DNA of 58,289 bases. It comes from Rhizaria sp. SCN 62-66. Lineage: Eukaryota. Location of the stretch: positions 62,001 through 120,289 of the forward strand of contig MEDY01000043.1 of NCBI GenBank assembly GCA_001724265.1, in the 5' to 3' direction. The translations under genes and the position numbers were made by a program. How positions within the stretch are numbered: position 1 is the stretch's first letter; every line of letters begins with the position of its first letter. The notes beneath the pieces were generated by a model. The model made no database searches and was not told the origin of the DNA. It was given only the letters and a program-made list of their open reading frames with translations. Of the stretch, positions 1 to 12,000 are shown piece by piece.

Positions 1-3000
1 GAGGCCTCGCCCGCGCCCGCCGCGTTGCGCTGGCATCCCAACATGCTTGCCGCCGAGTTTCACGCGCTTTCAAGAACTGACTGTGAAGCTCGTTCTGTGC
101 CTGTTTTGGAGTTCGCAGCCCAGGAGGATCTGCTTTTGCCGACAGCGTCGCTCGCCACCCTGCCGGTGGCGCACGAGCGCGCGTACCTGCCCCCGCCGCT
201 GCACGCTGAGGTCGCGTGCTCTGCAGCCTGGGCCCTGCACGGCGGTTTCGACGCGGTGATGACGGACCACTCTGCGGCGCAGAACGCGGCTGCTGGGTCA
301 GAGGCCGAGATCGCGCCAGAGGCCGTGGTTGACGCGCTTATCGTTGCGGGCGACAGTTCCGCCGTAGAAACGGTGAGTTTGGTTGATCGGCGTCTCGCTG
401 CGGTCGCAGTGCTGAAGCAGGTGACTGACGCCGCGAAGAAGCTGTTGTCGCGCACCACCGTGGCCGACTACGACGCCGCAGCACGCCTACTTGTCGCCAC
501 GATTGCCGAGCGCGTCCCCGTCCCGTGCACACACCGCGAGCGTGGGCTGCCGCTCACGGTGTCGACTTCGGACGGACGCAACGAGCTCCCACCGACGCGC
601 GAGCGCACGCTCTGCTGTCCTTGGCTCGACGCTTCCATTACGCGCGCCGAGCTTGTGGCGGCCGCGGTGGCGCTGCACGAGGCCGCGGTGACGCTTGTGG
701 CGGCATTGCTGGGCTCTAGTGGGGATGTTGCTGCCGGTGCGGGCCGCGGACTCATAGCTATGGCGGCGTTGTTTGCAGTTAGCGATGCCCTTGTACGCGT
801 TTGTCCGACTGACTGTGAGAATCCGTGGGCTGTGCTGGTCGACAATGCACCGCGCCACGGACTTGAGCACGGCCCACGGTCTCCACGCTCTCCACTGTCG
901 TCTGACACTTCTGCGCTGCCGCAGAGCCCACCGGACGTTGTTGTTGCGAATCCAACTTGTAATGGAGCTGAAAAGCCGACTACGGCGGGTCCGTTGGCGA
1001 TGTTTTCGTCGACCTGGTCTGATCCTGCTTTGGCGACGCTGCTGGCGCTGCTGCCACTGACGGAGCCTGCGCTGGCCATCGCGCGTGGCCGCGCGCTCGC
1101 GTACATCAGCGAGCGCGAGGCTGCAGCGGAGCACGTGCTGTTCCGCGGGGTCCAGGATCCGATTTTGTCGTCGTCGCCTGAAGCGCTGTTGATGCACGCG
1201 TACGCGGAACTGACGGAGACCCCGCTCAGCGCATCGCGCGCCGGCGGCGCGGTTGACATTCCTTCGACTGTGGGTTCGTGGCTGTGCTCGCCCTATTGGG
1301 CGGAGGACACGTACACGAGCACGCTCACCCCTATCACACGCTGGCACGGCGAGTTCGCTGTGTGGCGTGATCTCGGTTTCTATGTGTGCTTTTTGCGCTA
1401 CCGTTTACGTGATCGCGGCAACGATAGCGGCGACACCGCACCGCAGCTGCGCCGCCCGCGTGCGATGCGGCCCCGCTGGGAGTCGGGCGTTGACGACGGT
1501 ATCATCTCACTCGATATTTCCGTGGGTCGTTTCTCAGACGTCTTTGCTCACGAGGGGGTTGTTGTCGCCACGCCGGCTTGGTCGACGTACTACTTGCCCG
1601 CACCCGCGCAATCCCGCGTGGTCGCGCCCGCGATCCAGGCCTGGGGCACGCTCCCCGCTGTGGTCACACCACATGAGCTGCACAGCTCTGGCGTCGTCAT
1701 GGGAGGCTCTACATCCGCGCACGGCGGCGGAGGATACGCCGGACGCTGGGACGATATGCAAGACTTGTCGGCGCTCGGGCGGGCCTGTGACGAAGCCGCG
1801 GCGTCTGTCACGCTTTCACGCAAATCCCGCGAGTCTCGCACTGGTGCCGTCGCCACCCCGCATTTGTTTGAGGCGCGTAAGCCGCTCACTTTATCGACCG
1901 CAGGCAGGATTTTGTTCTCAGCACTTGCTGACTTTGATCTGCGACTTGACGATCCCGCGCCAGAGGAGACAGTGCTCCTATCCGCCCACCTGCCAAGTTT
2001 TCATCACTTCCTTGCACCTCGCGACGCGCAGAAGCTGATCACGACTCTGTCAGCGCCTGCCGCGCGAGTGCCTGCGATGCTCGCGTTTGTTGCAGCGGGG
2101 GCGCGCAACGGGTGGCTGCAGTCGCCGGCTGTTCGCGAGCTGCTTCACTGCGCTCTCTTCGAGGCGGGGCGCTTCCAGTCACCGTATGCGTACGCAGTTA
2201 CACCCGAGAGCGTTCCTGTGAATGTCCTTCGGCTTGGCACGCCCTACGGACTGCTCCACCAAGAGCTGTTGCACGCACCCGCAGGTGTTGTGCGTCCGTT
2301 GACTGAGATGCTTATCACCGCAGCCGCGGAGCACGCATCTGATGCCACCGCGCTGCCCCTTGCGAGCGCCGCGGCGCCGCTGCTTTTCCTCGTTCGCACG
2401 GCTGCGACTGTTGCCGCATGGCTCTTGCACATTTATGGTGCGCTGCAAAACCCCGCTACCGCGCGCGTCTGGGATCAGCACTCGCCGTACTATGCGCCCT
2501 CTGCCGCTGTTGAATCGGGAAGTTTTGACGCACTTGTGGAAGGTGTTCGCTCCGCTTTGCTTTGTGTGAACAACGCACTTATCGATGTCGCGCTTCCACT
2601 TATGCGCCACTGGCTCTACATGGCAGTGTTGCTTGGACGCGAGCAAGCTCATGCTGCCGCGGCCGGCAGCTCTGGTGGCGCTGCTGGCTTTAGTATTGCT
2701 GCGCGCGAACGCTGTGTAAGTCTGCTTGCGCACATCGCTCTTGCGCATGCAGGCAGTGAAGTGACTGCTGATGTTGTTGGGACGATTGCATGTGTGCAGC
2801 TGTGGGGCTCCAGTGCTCAGCAGGTCGACCAATCGAGCGCTCCGGATGGTGAGGCGGACCTTGACACTCCCGTCACGAAGCAGAATAGCGAAGATGCTGA
2901 CTCCGGCGAGGAGGTTGCTCGCGAGCGCGGCAACCGTGACCTCTGGAGCGTCCACGCACCTGCGCCCGTGAGTGCCGTGAAGCAGCTCGTTACAACGCGT

Positions 3001-6000
3001 CGGGCTGCCGTAGTTGCTGCGCTCGACGCATGCACGCCGTCTGTCCGCGACAACGGACTCGCGCTTGCGCTACACTGGGGGTTAGGATTTTCCTCTGCGG
3101 AATCCGCGGTCGCATCCGGTACCAGTGAGTGGCATCGTGTAACAGCTGCCGAGGGCGGTGGCGCGCACTTGTGGAGGCATAGTGCAACAGGCGCACAGCT
3201 TGATGTGGCCTTGTGCCGCGTGTCTGCGTCAAGTGCGCCTGTACAAGGTGCGTCCGCCGAGCTGCAGCAGTCGTTATTTTTTCAGCGTGTGTGTGCACGT
3301 GGTGAAACCGATGGCGCACTTGTTTCGCGCATTGACTCGCACACCGCGCGCACACGCTTGCAGCTGCTAGGCCGTGCTGATACCATCTCGATGTGGACGC
3401 CCGCAGACATCGTTGATGTCCTTTCTCTCTCCCCACAGCCAATCGCGAGGAACGACTCTGGCGACGGCGGCGCCGAAGCGGCGGGCGCGACGTACCACGG
3501 TACGCGGTACACGCGGCGTTACGGCTCGGTCACTTTGCCAGACTCTGAGCTGTGGGTGGCAGAGCTTACAGAAGAGTTTCTCCTCGAATTTTACAACGGA
3601 CGGCTTGCGCTGGAGTTCTCGTGGTTTCTCCCAGAGGCAGCGACTGCTGACACTGCGGCATTTGCAGTCATGCTCGGGCACGATGTACACCGGCAAGTCT
3701 GGCGGTTGCTTGTTTTGCAGCGGCACCGAGGCGCAGTGCAGCTTTATTCGCTCATTGAATGCGGCCGGGTGTTGTATCCCGTGCTGTCATTTGCCTCTCA
3801 TGGGCCCACTGCGCTTTCGTCGCTGAGCCCGAAGTGTGCGACTGATACGTACAGCTCTGCTGCAACCAAACCACACTTTATCAAACGTAACACGCCGTTC
3901 TCGCGTTTAAGCAGGCACGCGCGTGGCCGCGTCACCGGAAGCGAAGGTCCTCTGGGATGCACCTCTGGACCAGCGGCCTCTGTCACCATCACCACTGTGC
4001 TGCCTTCCCCGCCCGCGGCTGCCGCAGGCTCCATGCTGTTTGCCCCCGCGGGTGCTGCGACTCTGCTCCCTCCGCACGTCCTGACTGGGCTACTTCCACA
4101 GGCGCTTCTGGACAGGTTTGACTTCGCCCTCTCACACGCCGATGGGCTTGTGCGCGGCACTCCCGTGGACGCTGTCGCGGAGGACCCTGTGTGGCGTTTT
4201 AACCTGCTCCTGCGTCCCGTCGCCCTCGCGATCGCGCAAGAGACTAGCGCTGCAGGCAAGACTCCGCTCGAGTTTGCGCGGCAATTAGGCAGCACTGGCG
4301 CACTCGTGTACCGTCTACCTTACTCCACTGATGTCGAGTTCCCGCTGTGCGGCCCCGCGCCCACCGCACGGCTCCTTGTATCGTTGTGTGCTGCGGCACC
4401 TGGCAGTCCGCTGGGCCGACTCGCCGAGGTTATAATGCGTGTTGAGGATCTCGCGCATGTACTTGTGTGGGCGCCGCCGCCGCCAGAGCTGGATATTGCG
4501 CCTTTGCTTCTCGCCCGCGACGCACAAGGCGCTGCGCTTGCTGCACTGCCACCGACCGTGCGGACGGCACTTGCAGCCCATTATGATGGGATAGGTGCTG
4601 CCGCAGCGAAGGAACTTGTGGGTGCCGCTCTAGCGCGTGCAGAGCTCGTGCTGGAGACGGTGTTTCTGCCACGCCTTGGGATTACGTTTGACGTGTCGCC
4701 TGCTATGGGACAGCAACAAACGAAGCTGCGGTTGCGCGAGCATCCCGCGTTGCATGTGTGCGACGAAGCGCCACTCGATGTTGCGCCATTGCTGCGCGCA
4801 CTGCCCCATAGCTTGGTACTGCGTGACACGGTCAACGCTGTACACGTCCTAGTACCGACATATCCCGTCATGCGGCCCTCAGTGCGCTCCAGCCCGCTAT
4901 CTGTTGACCTCTTGCCTTTGCGCGCAGACGCCTTGTGGGCAGCGTCAGCAGGGAGGGTCGCGCGTTACTACATTTACGAGGTTCACGCCGCACGCACCAC
5001 ACTTCTCCCGCCTCAAGGCCGCGGTGCGGGCCCCGTGGCACTGCTTTTGGCGCGCACTCTGCTGCATCGCGCCTACGCTGATGCTTCCCGACTCGTCACT
5101 GCATGTTTATCAGAGCCCGCCGGCGTGGAGAGTGACAACATCGGTGTTGGTGCCGGCGTGGGCGCGGCGACTGACGACCTCTGCGGCACCGGCGCGGCCC
5201 TCTCGCCGGAGGAAGTCGCGATGCTGTCCCAGGTTGAGCAGTCACTCGATGATCAGCACCCTGACGCTATCGCGGTTCGCTTGAGGCTGCGCGTGCGCCT
5301 GGCGACAAGTCCCACCGCGGTACCCTGGCGCTACGCGGCAGCGGGGCTCAGTGCGCGGGGCAGTTCGCCGCACAACGCTGTGAGCGGCACGGATCGGCTG
5401 TACAGTGTCGGTGATGATATGTCGGCTATTGCCGCGCGCTGGCACATAATCACCGCTGCATGCGCTTTGGGCGCGGAAGAGCGCCGCACGCTTGCCGCAG
5501 TGGTAACTGCGGTGCACTCTGCTGCAGCGCGCAATAACCGCGCGTTTAGCTGGCCCGACTGGGACGGGATGTGCACGCTTGGCATGCGCCTTGGGTCGGA
5601 GCTCGCTGCACTGGATCGTGCTGCGCAGCTCCGCGCCGCAGTTGCCAGCGCTGTAGTCAATGGCTTTCTCGTTGGAAACTCAGAAGTGCCTGGAATGTCC
5701 GACATTGTTGTGCTTGAAGACGGCGCGATGTCTCCTGCTGCTGGAGTCAGTGCTGTGGCTGGGCCTGTGCTTGCGGTTGATAACAACGGCAGTCTTGTCG
5801 AGCGCATGCGTTATATCACGGAGGCTCCTGAGATGCGTCTTTTTGTCGCTGCGCTTGAAGCAGGGGACGTCCCCGCCTGTCTTCATGAGCTCGCTGCACT
5901 GCCCGGGCCATCGACCGCGAAGCGCGTGGGTGGATCAGGCGCCCAGAGGCGTGCTGGTGGAAAGCCATCATCGTACAACAGTAGCCCAAGTGGTGTGTGC

Positions 6001-9000
6001 GCTCTGCTGGACGATGCCGCACAGGACTGTGTGGCGAACGCGGCGTTGGCGATGCAGGTCACAGCAAGCACTGCTCCGCGCCCCTCGGTTGATGCACCCA
6101 CACGGTTAGCGACCTTGACCACAAATCGCTACATCAGTGCCCGGTTTTCGACGATGAAGCACCTTGCTCTATGCTACGAGCGGCCCCGGCGCGCGCAGCT
6201 ACGCGGCGCGCGCGCCATGCGGCTGCTGAATCGTCTGCTGGACGACAACCCACTCGGCTCAGCACAACGACTGGGACTGCTATTCCTCTTTGAGCTCTTG
6301 CAAGGTTCGCGCAAGGTACGATTTATGCCGCATGACGAAGTTACAGCTGTCGACAAGTCGGCCCTTCCGCAGGAATGGACTGCGCTGTCGCTGACGATTG
6401 ACATGGTCGACGGTGATTTGGTGAATGATGGCGCCAAGAAAAAGACTGAGAACGCGAAGAAGTCATCAAGCAAGGGCAAGAACCGCCCCGCGCACTCTGA
6501 CGACGACAACAGCGGTGGTGAGGGTGATGATGAGGATGAGGATGAAGACGAGGACGAAGATGGTGAGGGTTCTTCTGATGAAGAAGAGAGCAAGCTTAAA
6601 AAGGCTGACGACCTTGATGACTTTGGCCTTGACGACAACGAGGACAGTGACACTAGCTTGGGCGAGCCTGACAGTGATGATGAAGCCCGTAAATTTGCGC
6701 GAAAGAAGCGGGCCCGTGCCGCGGTGGTGCGCATGGTGAAGCAGCGCCGCGCTGAGGGCCGCTCGCTATCTGCCAACGATCTTGCGCGTGTGCAGGAGCA
6801 TCCCACGCGTGAGCCTATATCCGCGCACGCTGCCCCTCTCCCTGTGCGCGAAGATGAGGCTGAGGGTTTGTTCCTGGCTGAGATCACGTCGCTGTGGCTG
6901 CGCGCCGGTGCAGAGAGGCATCAGACGACTGTGCCTGCAGTTATCTTCCTCCTCATCAACAACGTGCTGCAACAGCGTACAGCAGTGTCTGATGCAGGAC
7001 CCGGCGAGAGTCAGTCTGCCGAGCCTCTGGCCGCTGCGAATACAGCACTGAGGGCGCAGCATATGGCTATGTGGGCCACCATGAGCGCTGCCGACGGTGA
7101 CCCCGTGACTTCTGTCTTTTCCTCTTCGTGCATTGCGGCATCTTTTGCAAACGCACCGGAGGCTCGGCGTCAGCGTTTTCTTGATGAAGCCTTGGCGCTT
7201 CGTGACGCTGCCGCGCAGAAGCTTCTTAAAAGCGACGTGTGGGCCCAGCAGCGACGGATTGCTGCAAATGAAGACATCATGACACCTCGCCTTGATTTCA
7301 CGCTGCTGCGAGCGCGCCTTGTCCAAAGCATTGCGTTAAAGCGCGCTTTCCTTGCTCCAGTGCTGAATTCATATTGCTTCAAGCTTGGGCGCGCAACTAG
7401 CATGGTTCCCATGGACGCTGGCTCGACAGACAACGAGCCGTTTGGCGAGACTGAACTCGATACGCCGCGACTGCCTGTGCCGCAAGACCGTGGCGAGCAG
7501 ATGCGCTGGGTTGATGTGGCTGGGCTGCCGCAAACGCTCAAAATTAGCGACGATGAGCTCTTGTATCTGTGCTCGCAGCCGCTCTATGCTGCAGACTTAG
7601 CGACACACACATGCGTGCATGTTACCCCCGCTGCTCTGGGACCGGAGGATACTGAGACGGAGTTTACTCTCAATGTTAGTGGCGACCCCGCACTTAACAC
7701 GCCACACGGCCGTGAAATGGTCAGCCGCATTGCGAGTGACCACGCTAATGTGCTTGCCGCGCGCCGCTCTGCTGCTGTTGTTGCTGTGCGTGGCTTGAGT
7801 GCAGCGGCCACCGCTGCAGAGACGTCTGGAGCAGTGTCGTCTGCAGAAGCTGCGACTGCTAGTGCGCGGCTTATTGCGATCCAAGATTCGCTTTCGCGGG
7901 TTTTCGACGGTGATATCGCGTACACGGAGCGTGCGCGGCGCTATCTTGAGTTTGCTGCGAACAGCGTCCCATTGCGCACCGTGACTTTACCCGGCGATTT
8001 CGAAGTAACCAGCAGTGCCCAGCGCATGTCACCAGCTATTTCTGCTGCTGACGCGCTTACCCGTGCTTTCTCATGTGCTGACAGTGACCTTGACTCGCTG
8101 CCTCAGTCCGTTGCAACCGAGTGTGGTGTGCCCGCCATTATTTTACGTACACCTGGGCACTTTCCAGTGGTTCGCACACGCGCAGAGGAAGACCTGCGCG
8201 GTGTTATTCTCGCCCTCGATATTGGTCACCCGCTCGCACAGCTTTTGCGAGGCGGGGACGACTTCGTTAAACTTGTGCAAGCCGATATCAACATGTGGAC
8301 GACTGGTGCGCGCGAAGCGGATGGTCTGATCCTTCCTGTTCTCACTCCTGCGACGAGTCACGTTGTATCAATGCTGTGTGCAATTGCGTCGACGTATAAC
8401 GTGACAGACAAAAACGAGGGCGTTGAAGCCCGGCGTGCCACTTTCTGGAGTTTTGTGCCACGTGTTGCGGCGGCGCTATGCTTGGTGCTTGTTGGCAACA
8501 GTACATCGGCTCACGATGCTGCCCAACTGCACAGCATGCTTGAGCACCACACGGGGGCACGATCTTTCAAACGTGTTTCGGACTTGGTTGCAAGCTTTAT
8601 GTCTGCCTCCAGTGTGATGCGCAGTCCTCTCGGTACAGTCCCTGAGCATCTTCACTCGCTGCTTGCTGTGTACATGCTGCGCGTGAGCCGCATCACTCTC
8701 ATCCAGCGTGCGCTCCATGCGACCCGCGAGACAACTCACGCTTTACACTCTGTGGTGGCAGCACCGAGCCCATCAGCTGCGGCCGCGTTTGTGCAACGCG
8801 TGCGCGCACTCACGACGGTGCTGACTACTGGACGATACTATGTTGTCCGCACCGAGTCACCAGGCGCACCGTTGTTAGCACGGCTAGATCCGCGTCTCCT
8901 TGCTTTTGAGTATTCGTTCGCAATTGTTCTCCGGCGCGAGCAAGTGCAGCTTGTGCGTTCATTCCTGCAGAGTGAACAGGATCCCATGCCAACTATGAGT

Positions 9001-12000
9001 CTCCCTACTGTGACGGCAACTTCTGACGCGGCACCCTTGGATTTCACACTATCAACGCCTTCACTCAGTCGTGTGGATTGCTCTTGCGTGCTCGCCGCTG
9101 ACAAGTTTGCTCTGAGCTCCGGTGCTCAACGGAGCAGCGTTGCTGCCAGCGTGCTGTGTTCATGGGAAGAGGCACTTGCCGCGTTCCGTCCCATGTGTGC
9201 CGCGACTATCGATGCTGAGCCTTTCGACATCCCAGGGCAACTCGTTAAACGCATTCATTTCCACCGCAAGCTCAATGCCGCTGCTGCTGCTCTTGGCCCT
9301 AACATGGTCTTGCCGGGCTTTTCTGTCCGAGCCTCGCTCCCAGCGTGCACGCAGCCTTTTTCGCGCGTTCATCAGATGCTCATGGGTGCCGGGAAAACTA
9401 CGGTGGTCGGGCCGCTAGTGGCGCTGCTGGTCGAGAGTGTTCAACGCCGGCAGCGGCGCATCACAGTGTTTGCCGTTCCATCAGCCCTCCTTCACATGAC
9501 CACTGCCGCGCTGCGCGCTCGGTTGGCGGGTCCGTTCCTGCTACCAGTGACAGTCGTGTCGTTCCAGCGTGACGCAGTACCCATGGATCCCGCGGCGCTA
9601 ATGGCACTGGCTGCAGCTGCTGCAAACGACCGAGGCGACAACAGGGCTGCAGCTCAAGTGCGAAGCGCGCTTGCGTATGAGACACGCAAAGACGAAAGGC
9701 GCCAACGGCTTATATGGCCTCCGGCGCGCGAATCGGCTCTTCCGCTTGTCAAATCTCCGGGTCATGCCATTATGCGCTTGGAAAGCGCCGTCGCCTCTGC
9801 GCGTACGAGTGGAGGTGTGCTTGTATGTGCCGACACAACCCTAAAGTCACTTGTGTTGAAGGGTGCAGAGCTTGATATTGCTGCACGCGCGCTCGCGAAG
9901 AGCATTGTATCTCGTGCTCGTGATGCCACATCAAAGAGCGACCGTAGTGATGAGCGCCCTCTCAAATCCGATACCGAGTTACTGATGACGATTGGTTCGC
10001 GCACAGGGCCTCTGGGTAATGAAATGCACCCACTTAGTCCCGAAGATGACGCTCGCGTGCGCGCTTACCGTGACCGCTTCCCTTACAGTGTGCTGCAGCT
10101 TAGCGCCTTGCTCTCAGCCTTGGAGGCGCTGCGCCGTGTGTTGTCGGTTATACGTGGCGCGACTCTTCTGTTAGACGAGGTTGATGTGCTGCTGCATCCG
10201 CTGCGCTCGGAGCTCAACTTTCCCATCGGTTCACGGTCGCTGCTGCGCCCTGCACCCGCCCGCTGGCTTGTTCCTATTGTACTCGTTGATGCCGTCATGT
10301 CTGCCCTTATTATTGCCGGTGCGGGGCGGGGCGCTGTTGGTGTTTTGACGGTTGGCACTGCTGCTGCAGCCCCGCTAGCGTCTTCGGCCCAGGGACAGTC
10401 TGCTTTGCAAGCGCTCACTGTGGCCATTCGTGACGGGTTACAAGCACAGGTTGTACTTGCGCAGCCACACTTTACGCTTCTTGATGAGTCTTTCTACCGG
10501 TCGCGTATGTTGCGCCCATTTGCGCGTTGGCTGCTTGTCCATCTGGCGACGACGGGTGCCCTTCCGGCTTTGCGCGGAAACTCGTCAGGCGACGATGCCG
10601 GTGACAGACTGGGGCTTGACGAAGAGCACCGCGCTGTGCTTGAGTTCCTCTGTATGTCTCCGATGCAAGGACGTGCATCAAACACTGAGATGGCGAACGC
10701 GACTGTTGCTGAGGCTGGCGCGAAGGTAGTGCGTGCGCTAACACCTGGACACTGTGCTCTGGTACTTTTGGCGCGTGCTTGGCTCCACGTGTATCTCCCG
10801 CACACGCTTGGGAAGACACACAGAGTGTCGTATGGGCTACTTACAGACGCATATCAAGCCGCGCACCCAGGACAAACGTCTGCGCGCCGGCTTGCAGCCG
10901 TGCCATTTGCGGGCAAGGACACGCCCACCGTGGCTGCAGAGTTTGCCCATGCCGACACTCTTGCAGGACTCACTGTACTGGCGCTCAAGGCTGAAGGGCT
11001 ACGCCGTTCTGACGTGCGCACCATGTTGGTTGCGCTTAAGTCTTCGCTGGGTGCAGAGTTGGGACCTGTCGCTGCGCGCCCGTCGCACCGGCTTTTTGCC
11101 AGCTGGATTACTGCGGCAACCACCAACACGAACGCTTCAGATGCAAAGAACGTTGCTCATGTGCTCTCCCTGAGTACATTGCAGCCTGGTAACCCCGATG
11201 ACATCGCGCACGCACATGCGTTGCTTGCGCGGCTTCCCGTGGCGATAGAGCACTTCCTTCTCACTCGTGTGTTCCCCACGGTGATGCGGCGACAAAAAAC
11301 GAATCTTGCCGTTGCAGGTGACGACCTCGCTATGCCCTGGCTTGCACGCGCGTGTCTTGGCTTTTCAGGTACCCCGTCAAACATCCTGCCGCCGACGCTG
11401 GGGCGGTGTCACTATGAGGAGGGAACTGAAGGTGCGATTGCAGCGACGCTCACGGCCGCAGCTGTAGTGACTACTGGCTCGCTGGATGCTGACTGGGACG
11501 CGCGTACGTTGCTACATACCGTGGCCAGCGCGAGCGCGCCCCCGCTGCACGCCCTAATCGACACGGGCGCGCTTGTGACGGGGTTGAGCAACCAGCAAGT
11601 GGCTGCGTTCCTGCTCACTTACGGTCTGTCACACGTTGACGGTGTCGTTTTCCTTGGTTCCGATGACGCACCGCTTGTGATGCTCCGCGGTGCGGACCGC
11701 TATGGACGGCGGCTTGTAATGCCGCTTGCACAGTGCGGTCTGCCTGTCGAGCGCCGCTTCACTTTCTACGACCAGGTGCACACTGTTGGCATTGACATTG
11801 CGCAGGCGCCCAACGCCGTCGCTGCCGTCACGCTTGGCAAGGACATGGTGTTGCGTGACTACTCGCAGGGCGCCTACCGCATGCGCGGGCTGGGGCTGGG
11901 CCAGCGCCTGCATGTTTTGATTCCGCCCGCCATTGCGCGTCTCATCCGCGACGTATGCACGCGCGTGCGGCCCGACGCTGTGGCCAGCTTAGCATCCGAT

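Noticed and set aside
6316..6321. Donor-like AAG|GTACGA inside the DUF3638 ORF
   Set aside because: Followed by purine-rich, codon-biased sequence with no pyrimidine tract or acceptor; the frame is open without splicing.
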